Below are positions 55,601 through 64,000 of a stretch of 64,000 nucleotides of DNA, in pieces. This DNA comes from Mizuhopecten yessoensis (Eukaryota). The notes beneath the pieces were generated by a model. The model searched no databases, was not told the DNA's origin, and saw nothing but the letters and a program-made list of their open reading frames with translations. Positions within the stretch are counted from its first letter, which is position 1. The number at the start of each line of letters is the position of its first letter. The stretch lies in NCBI RefSeq assembly GCF_002113885.1, contig NW_018480064.1, forward strand, positions 821,619-885,618, written 5' to 3'. The position numbers were made by a program, and so were the translations under genes.

Positions 55601-56744
55601 TGATACACATGCTACATATGTTTATCTTAAATATCACATTGAAACTTAAGCTTTTTTAGTGATTCGTCTTCTCATTATGTTTCTGTGACATTTCAAAACT
55701 TTATTGTTCAAAACTGACAAATTTACTTTTTATTTCGTTTGATGTAAAACTTTCTTGGGAATAAAATATATCCTAATTAGATGGATGTTTCTCATTTACT
55801 TGCATGGAAACAATCAAAATAGAAACAGACAAAATTATAAAATTTCCAATTTCTTCTTCTATTCAAAAAGGGGGAAATGATCTTTCTTTTTTAAGACCTT
55901 AATATCCATTACATCTTTCAGATGAAACTTTTGAAGCTGAAGTAGATCTTTGCTACTGAATAAGAGGTCCGATACATTTTAAGCGAGGAACAATGAGTGT
56001 TTAAACATTTGTCTATTTCAATTTTTAACATTAAGTATAATTTTCCTAAATGTTGAATAAATTATTTAATTAAGCATTACTTTGTCTTGGTATTGGATGT
56101 TTTGGAAAAAAAATATGTAGAAAACAGCTAGGTTTTGATTTTGTATAAAAAACATAGCCTTACAACTGGCAACTCCACTCTACCTGGTGACATATTTGTG
56201 TTACAAAACCCTGTTTCACTTTCAAAGTTGGAGCGCAAATTATTTATTTCTACATAAAAATAATTTTAATAAAAGCATTTGATTGAAACTGTTGAATGGT
56301 GTGACATGATGTGCTGAATAAGGTTGGGTACTTTGGGTTAGAGAGAGTTGGGCCTGTTGCCAGTGTGGAGGGCTGACATGTGTCAGGCAGGAAATCTGCA
56401 TGCTTATTAGCCTCTGACTCCCTATATAGTGCAATCAACAGAGGGTTCAACAAAAACAGAAGAGAGCTTCATATTTGTGCTACTCTGATACTCCAGTATT
56501 GTGAATGTGAATGGTAATTTAGAATCTCCTAGCAGTACAAATATATATGCAGGTGGCAGCGAGATTTAGTCCTCGCATGTGCTGTGTTCGCGCACTTTTA
56601 TGACACAAATTATGTAGCTGAAGCATCATATGAAACAAAAGGAAGCAACGAGTCAGATAGCTGTAACACAAAGACAAGGCAAATCAAACAAGCATAAAAC
56701 ATGGTAAAACCAGATTATAAAACATAAACAAATAAGAAATGATA

Positions 56745-58211
56745 AAAACTTTGTAAAATCAAACATTTATTCAACTTTGTAATATGACCCAGAAAGGTTA
56801 TAATAATTTTACAAAAAATAAACCATTCATATATATAATCTTTATATAGAATTTTATGTTACAATTCAGCAGTATCATATCAACACTATGAAGGGAGATA
56901 ACTCTAACCTTTTTTGAAGAATTTATTGATTTTTTACACATCTTAGAGTATAGGAATGAGTGTGAGGGTTGGCTTGTGGATAGCTACAGTCTGATCTGTT
57001 GCTCCCCAAGAGGGGGGCTCACATTCTAGCTTTCCAAACTTCTCTCACTTTCTCCTTCATAAATCTCATCATATATAGTACTCTCACACATAAATCAACC
57101 ATTTTTATACATTTTCAGCAACTCATTTAAACATTATATGATATTTTATATGATTTGATGGGTATTATATTCAGACACATTCACTCAATCACAGATATGT
57201 AGGGGTCTATAAAGTTTTACAAAGTTACTTAAACTTAATGCAAAAGAAGATTTTCCTATGTACATATCACCAGTTTATCCTCACCCTAAATATATCTTTA
57301 CATCTACATCTTGCATTCTGAGGCATTGCATAAGTTATGGAAGTTACCAAATGATCTACATATCATAATCTCGGTCCATTTTATATGACTAGAAAGTTTC
57401 ATATGGACTGAGAAAAGTTTAATACAACACTTTAGAATGATCTTTATACCATTTTACAACATCAAAATCTCACAATACTGAACAAACAGGAACTTAAAAC
57501 AACAGAAAAGCATTCATAAAAAAATGTTGGCAGTGAGAATGAAAAACATAATAGGCATTCAAAATAATTCATGTTCTAGTGAAATATTGTGGCCACATAA
57601 AGTTCAAAAATGAAAATTTGAGACAAAAATTGAAATCATAATAATAATGAAAAAATAATATCACAAGTGTCAGAGAAAATGTTTTGCCTTGACAACACTT
57701 AACAACAGTCACTGGAGCAGAGGAAAGAGGTGGTCTGCGCCTCCAGGTTGGAAGCAGGGACAGACGGACAGATATCCGAGGCGATTGCACAACACTGAAT
57801 GTGTCCCCTATGACAACGGAGAAAACATGCATGGTGACACAGGCCTAACTCCACTCGTCGTCCCATAGCTGGCCCTGAAAGTGGTGTAAAACAGTGGATG
57901 AAGCGTCTGTCAGGGTATGAAATGCCACAACGATAACACAGCATGCAGACCCGGTCCCTCCCCCGCCACGCCTCGGTCAACCGTGGTCAGTCCAATACTC
58001 ATGACCAAACCTACCCTAAGCTAGACAAGCCCAGTAATGTGCACACCTCACTATGTAAACTTTCTGTGCTGACGAACAATACTTTACTCTACTTTATTGC
58101 CATTTTAAAAAGTTTTGTATAAGTTTACAAAAGTTTTGCTGTGAGTGAGTTTTGTTCCCCAAAGTTCCTATGGGTTGGCGTAAAGCAGGGGGAGGGTAAG
58201 GGAGTGGGGGT
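56745..58211 (-). other. Putative proximal 3' UTR of CBFB
   Basis: T/TG-rich on the minus strand. AATAAA at 56766-56771 is followed by a U/GU-rich tract; further AATAAA signals occur near 56922 and at 58093-58098. The end point is uncertain. Confidence 0.45.
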
Positions 58212-58256
58212 CTAATGCTTGCCCTCTTCAGCTATACACAACAAAGCCTCTACTAC
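58212..58256 (-). CDS. CBFB: CBFbeta read-through C-terminal extension VVEALLCIAEEGKH* (proximal terminal isoform)
   Basis: The frame stays open past the weak donor GAG|GTAGTA to TAG at 58212-58214. It is followed by UTR-like sequence with AATAAA signals. Confidence 0.55.
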   Translation of the reverse strand, partial: VVEALLCIAEEGKH

Positions 58257-58376
58257 CTCTGCTTCCTGCTCTGCCTGTCGCTCCTGCTGCTGACGATACT
58301 GTCGTTGCCGTTCCTCAAACTCGCGCAGCCGCCGGTTATACTGTTCTATCTGATCTCTCAGCATCGCCGCTTCCAC
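58257..58376 (-). CDS. CBFB: CBFbeta exon (equivalent to vertebrate exon 5), up to the internal GT donor
   Basis: Acceptor ttttgtatttccgcag|GTG GAA. It encodes VEAAMLRDQIEQYNRRLREFEERQRQYRQQQERQAEQEAE, in frame with the upstream exon, and resembles Drosophila Big brother LRDQIDRYNQRLREFED and human EARRRTREFEDRDR (recalled). It ends at GAG|GTAGTA. Confidence 0.93.
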
Positions 58377-61300
58377 CTGCGGAAATACAAAACAGGGATA
58401 TGAGGGGTCAGCAGGCACAGTATACACAGGCCACGAGCCTTGTGGCTCCACACCCTTCTTTCTCACACAACATCGTACCAGCACCGTGCACAGCGCCTGC
58501 CAACAGCTTTCGCATCACACAACAACTTTTGACATCCTCTCACTTTTGGATGCAAAAAAGTTGAAAAGAGTTATAAATTATTGCACTTTTCGCTCATTTA
58601 ATGAAAAAAATATCTTCTTATTAGTTTCACCTGGTGTTTTTAGTGCTTTCATCATTCAATTAAGGGGACACACTCCGATAACGTGTGCTCAGGCTTAAGA
58701 AGTTTACGCAGTCGCCAGCTGAATCCACGCGGCCACATGCATCCCTAGGTCTCAGTCCCAGGGGTGTATCTAAAAACATTTCATCTTCAGTGGCCACGAG
58801 TTAAACATCATCAGCTGCCAATCTCAATGTGTTTCTTTTTGAAAATCCAAACAATGTAAAATTTTAATTGGTTTTTAAAGTTATTTTTCTTTGCCATACC
58901 CTGTAGGCCTATGAGTTTGCCTGCTACATATGGTAGAGATGTGAACATTTGCTGGCCCTATTACAAACTACTCTCTAATAAAAGCCAAGCAAGTTTGATG
59001 CCAGCTGACTTCTACTTCAATCCATGGCTTTTATTGATTTTTTCTTTGTCTTATTGTTTCCATTGTCCCAGGGAAAACTTTAATTTCCCTCTGTTGCAGA
59101 AGTAAAGACTTATGAAATTCATCTGGCAGTTTGGGTTAGGTGACCCTGGCATGAAGCATTAAGGGCCTTAGACACAAAATCTGGATGCAAACTTCACATG
59201 CAAAAATTAAAAAGTGTGTGGAACTTGAACAAGCCCATGATGGGTGTCTTTGTTTCCTTTGTGCTGGCTACTGGTACTGGAAACAGGAGGAAACAGATGC
59301 AACTAACATAGGGGTCAAACATCACCATGTAACTGAGTCCTAACTGTTTCAACCTGACTCCATTGGTTTGAACCATGCAAGCAGCCTTCGCCTCGATACA
59401 CAGCTTCCTAATTGTGGAAATACTACACAAAAAAGCACTTTAACTACTGTTAGCTAATAGTGGGATAAGAAACATGAAGTAACATATGGCTTGATTAAGT
59501 CTGTCCCCCCCCTCCAGACAGCCAGTCAGGCAGCCACCCCTGCACCCAGGTCAGGCAGCAGACTAAGGGTAGATAAGGCTGACAGCCAGGCTCCCCACAC
59601 AGTAGGCAACTCTGCTTAGCACTGTTGGCTTGGTCGGTCTAAGGGCTCAAGTGATTCCTGACCAAAGTGCGGCACCCATTTCCCAAACCTCCCGACCACA
59701 ACACCGCTACAGCTGCTTCTTCCTCTTGTCCCCCCATAATTTACAGCCTGGGTGTGTACGATAAAACAGGAAAATATCAGAGGCAAAGAATAATTAAATA
59801 TTACTGATTAATTATTGGAATTTCACAGAGCTATTGAGAGAGGCATGAAAAATTGTATGGTGTAGGAAACACATCCCAAATCAATCATCTCCTACCAAAC
59901 AAGGACAATTTAATCAGACATCACCACAAGAATTAATTATGACATTAATATTCATTTCTGCATTCAATGTGCTAATATTCTTTGCAGAAATTTTATTAAA
60001 CATTTCCAAAAAAATGAGTCCGAAGCGCCAAACACGCCAATTCCAGTCGAGCACCTGATGTTTAATTAAGCACCACACCAGAGAAATGTAGAGAAGGACA
60101 ATCATAAACCATTTTCTCTTGCAAAGTTCCGCTTTAGACCAAAATTAGAGGAAATGTTTATCTTTGGGTGCCCTGATTAACGACGCCAAAATGTCAACAT
60201 ACCATGTCAAACAAGCCAAACTGTACATTACAACCAGAACCAAACATCACGTCACCATCTCCCATATGTTGTGTGGTTACAAGCTGGTCACATTGCCTGA
60301 AGCACCTCGCACAAAACACATATCTCAGAAGGCAGCCCCAGTGGCATTCCAAGCAGCTCTGGGACCCAGGAATACGGAAACAGACACAAATTGGACCAAC
60401 ACTATCTATTGCATTTATCAAATAACAATTTATTGAAGCCAATTTGGGCTATGAAAAGTTCAGTTGTCAATAGAAATGATTTATTTTGGTAAAGATTGCT
60501 GTTGTTATGCAATGAAAGAAATAAAACTTAGATATTTATAGTTTCAAAAAGGTTTGACCTACATACTATAACCAAGTCTAACTTGTCTAACTTGACTAAG
60601 AACAGTTGCAGTGGTAAACAGTGTGAACCAGGACCTCATGCTGAATACCACTACAGTTTATTTACAAATGTGCCACTGGTCCTTTTAAGATTTCAAATCT
60701 TACATATAAGCAACTTCTTGGTGACAATATGTCCTTCTTTCATTGAAGAGTTCCACAACTGAGGGACAAAACCAACATAAAAGAGACAGGAAATGTTATG
60801 AGTACTTGTATTTATTCAGCTTGGGATGGGTTCAGCGTGGCGCACTGTCTTGGATATTGGGTGTCGTTTGAGAGTAATAACACACACTTAATTACCATGG
60901 CAACCACAGGTAGATGATGTCTGTTAGTAGACCCTAACATACTAGAGTCTAGATTTCTATTCTTCCCAGACAAAACTAACATAACCTCGACCTGCCAGCT
61001 ATAGTTCACTCACTGACCTTGTTCAATACAACCCTCAAGCTTCATTGGGCAACAGACTTACATACAGTGTAACATTAGGCTTAAACAATCCAGCTTACTC
61101 TCTACCTAAACTATCTTGGTAACACATTTTTAATAAAGCCCAAGTCAAGCCGTAAAATTCCAAAAATTGAAATTGACTATAAATCGATATTCAGGAAGAT
61201 AAATATATTTAACATTAAAATGTAAATTCCTGTGAAATTGTTTTTTTATATATTTTCAATATGTAAGCAGGATATATGTACATATTTACATTATGAAACA

Positions 61301-62629
61301 TTGTTTTAATATGAAAAGTCATTTTTTTTAAAATTGTGCTTCAATAAAAAGTACTGAATATTTATATCTATCATTGATATTAATGTATGATTTTATTTGT
61401 GCTGGTATAGCCCCCTATTTAAGTACACCAAAAGAATTAAATAACTGTTTCTCCAATTAGATGCGAACATTTTAATAAAAGAGAAAAAAATTAAATTAAG
61501 TTAAATTAATTTAAATTATTTCTTGTTCAGATATTGGTACTCTAATTCGTCCCAGCGTTAAATCAATCAATAATTAAAGCATGAATTATTGTCAGTTTAA
61601 ATTCTTTTTCTAATTTATATTCATTGTTCATTTTGAGGTTTACCAATTTTACAACATTATTACCCAGAAATTATTCACAAAAATTGTTACAAGAAATGTG
61701 TGATTTTGGCATAATTTCCCTGTCGTTGCTACATGATTTCTTCAGGCTCTAGAATAGATTCCAGGGAGTTAGTTTATCTGATACTTCCAAGACTAAAAGA
61801 CAGTTTTCAGCATTCCCATTAATCATGAAGATGCGATGGACTATTTCTCCACAGTGTGACCCCGATCCGCCCCCCTCATCCAATTTTGTCACCTTTTGAA
61901 GAGTTTGCAATCTGTTTCACTTTTCCAAATTTCAACAGATGCAGAACAGCTACATTAAAAGAGGTGCATAATCTGTGGCGTAACAAAGCCGTGTTTATCC
62001 ATAGCTTTTCCACTGACAAGTATCAACATTACCGTTGACAAAATCTATCGCCATGACGTATTGATACATATGCCTCACCATAACCCTTCGACAAATTGTA
62101 TTCCATTGCTCATCTGGAGTTGCATGGTGCAGCGATATGAAAGCAGAAATACCCCTATATGTGTTTGTATAACATCTGAGATATGCAATGCAGGAGTTCC
62201 TCCCCATGGTGGAACTCTCCAGTCACACAGCACTGAAGGTATTTCCTTCCTAATATTTATGAATACCAACACCCTCTTGTTATATATGGCCTTACATATT
62301 CATATAAGCTATTTCTTATTTGGTCATTCTTTTATTTTTTATTCAAATTTTGTTGGTTTTGCAGTGAAACTTGCATATATTTGATACCGTCGGTAATTGT
62401 ATGTAAGGGACTCAACAAGATTCTAACATTCGAGCTGGTATATACACAAATTAGTCACATGTAATGCGTGAAGCTCGCTAGAACTTCAATAACACAATAT
62501 TTAAGGGAAACTTTTTGAAAAATTAAATGGCCAATAGCTAATTTTAATTCACAATATTTAATGATTTAGATCAGTTTTGTTTGGTTAATATTGCCAACTT
62601 TCTGTTGCAGTATTTCAAAATCAAAGAGA

Positions 62630-63070
62630 AAATTAATTTAACCTCTGCTTCCTAAACACCATATGAGTAAACCTGAACTTTCCACAAAGCATGAGTTAAC
62701 CTTTGATCCTAACACAGTTTAAGTTAAACTTTTTTCAAACACACTATATGAGTAAACCTTACTATCCATTCATCAAATAACTTAACTTTTGCTCATCACA
62801 CAACAAATGACAGAACCTGTTCCTCACGCAACAAATGAGGCAATCGTTGCCCCTCACACAATATGCAAGTTTACCATTGCTCCCCACACAAATAAAATAA
62901 TCTCTGCTGGTGACACACCTTGAATTAACTTTTTTTCTTAATACATCAAATGATTTACATTAGCTCCTGAAATAATGAATGATTAACCTTTGCACCACAC
63001 ACTATGAATGAGCTAATATGTTCACCTCACACGAAAAAAGCTCGCTCTAAAAATGAGTTGACCTTTCCTT
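62630..63070. repeat. Degenerate ~30-bp tandem repeat (ATGAGTTAACCTTTGCTCCTCACACA-like)
   Basis: Recurring atgagt(t/a)aacctt...acaca motif on the intron side of the exon 63132 donor. Confidence 0.6.
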
Positions 63071-63131
63071 CTCACACATCTATCTAGGTTGACCTTTGAA
63101 CCTGAGGTAAGGAAATCGTGAAGAAACTTAC

Positions 63132-63248
63132 CTCTGCTCGTTCCGAGTCGAATTCTAAACACGCTACTCCATCCAATCGATGTAAGTCCACCCATCCTTT
63201 CCATATCACACACACACCATTCAATATAAACTGTGACTTTAGGTGAAC
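63132..63248 (-). CDS. CBFB: Core-binding factor subunit beta, internal exon (equivalent to vertebrate exon 4); upstream exons lie beyond the window
   Basis: Minus strand reads tgtctgtttcag|GTTCAC...GCAGAG|gtaagt, 117 bp, phase 0/0. It translates to VHLKSQFILNGVCVIWKGWVDLHRLDGVACLEFDSERAE, matching human CBFbeta VYLKAPMILNGVCVIWKGWIDLQRLDGMGCLEFDEERAQ (recalled sequence). Confidence 0.97.
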
Positions 63249-63451
63249 CTGAAACAGACAATGTCATAGGTCAGATAATCATTCGTAACCAAGCAACGAC
63301 ATCGTGTGACATCATTACTATATATGTCGGAACACTATTTCTTATGAAGAGATAGATCGTCGTAAACGCGGTACATATCAATATTTTAAAAGACCATCAA
63401 CAGAAACAATTTCTTTAAATATATTTATATTGACCTTTTTTTTTTAAGTAG

Positions 63452-63659
63452 GAAACATTTATAACAAGCCACAGAAGACCTAAGTAATTAAATTTAAGCA
63501 TAATATACACAGTAAAACATGTTTATAACAAGCCACAGAAGACCTAAGTTATTAAATTTAAGCATAATATACACAGTAAAACATGTTTATAACAAGCCAT
63601 AGAAGACCTAAGTTATTAAACCTAAGTATAATATACACAGTAAAACATTTTTATAACAA
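63452..63659. repeat. 64-bp tandem repeat, ~3.2 copies
   Basis: ATAACAA recurs at 63461, 63525, 63589 and 63653. Confidence 0.92.
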
Positions 63660-64000
63660 ATTAACAAATTAAAAAAACATATTTAAAACAAACTACAATG
63701 GACCTTATTAATTCATTATAAACATGTTCACAAATTACTACATTTGACCTAAATAATTTACTTGTAAACATTTTATTTGCAGTCAACATTGTTATATTAT
63801 TATTATATAAACTAGGAACATGAAACAGAAATGTATAAATATTAGACAGATTTAAAACTATAAAGGTTTTTATTATCTGGCCTATGTGATGTATTATGCC
63901 AACTGTCCAACCCATGGGCAATATTATTTATTATTAAAATATATTTAATGGTCCATTTAAAGGGCCATAAACGGTCTTAACCTTTATTTTCTTCAGTCTT

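Noticed and set aside
58377-58484. N-terminal part of ORF 58212-58484
   Set aside because: Intronic sequence upstream of the acceptor at 58377-58378.
63022-63267. 81-aa ORF in the track
   Set aside because: Wrong frame; the real CBFB exon (63132-63248) overlaps it in another frame.

Overview
AT-rich eukaryotic (metazoan) DNA, probably a bivalve mollusc judging from the Helentron/HINE-type repeats; the taxon is inferred. The window holds the 3' half of a minus-strand core-binding factor beta gene (CBFB / Big brother, the Runx partner). Two exons are clear: 63132-63248 (VHLKSQFILNGVCVIWKGWVDLHRLDGVACLEFDSERAE), which the ORF track misses, and 58257-58376 (VEAAMLRDQIEQYNRRLREFEERQRQYRQQQERQAEQEAE). 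After the latter, the sequence allows several alternative C-termini: read-through of an internal donor (VVEALLCIAEEGKH*, with its own ~1.4-kb 3' UTR), splicing across a ~48.9-kb intron to a distal exon at 9397 (TRHRSSRTSPTETSGSE*), and possibly a stop-containing cassette exon at 11.6 kb. This parallels the alternative 5' splice site that produces the vertebrate CBFbeta isoforms. About 20 kb of the window is minisatellite (24-67-bp units, many with internal hairpins, one with an internal inversion, some with higher-order structure). There are also non-autonomous transposons, a perfect 59-bp-arm palindrome and several CpG-retaining enhancer-like islands. Nearly all long ORFs in the track are tandem-repeat artefacts. 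I found no CRISPR array, rRNA or tRNA.
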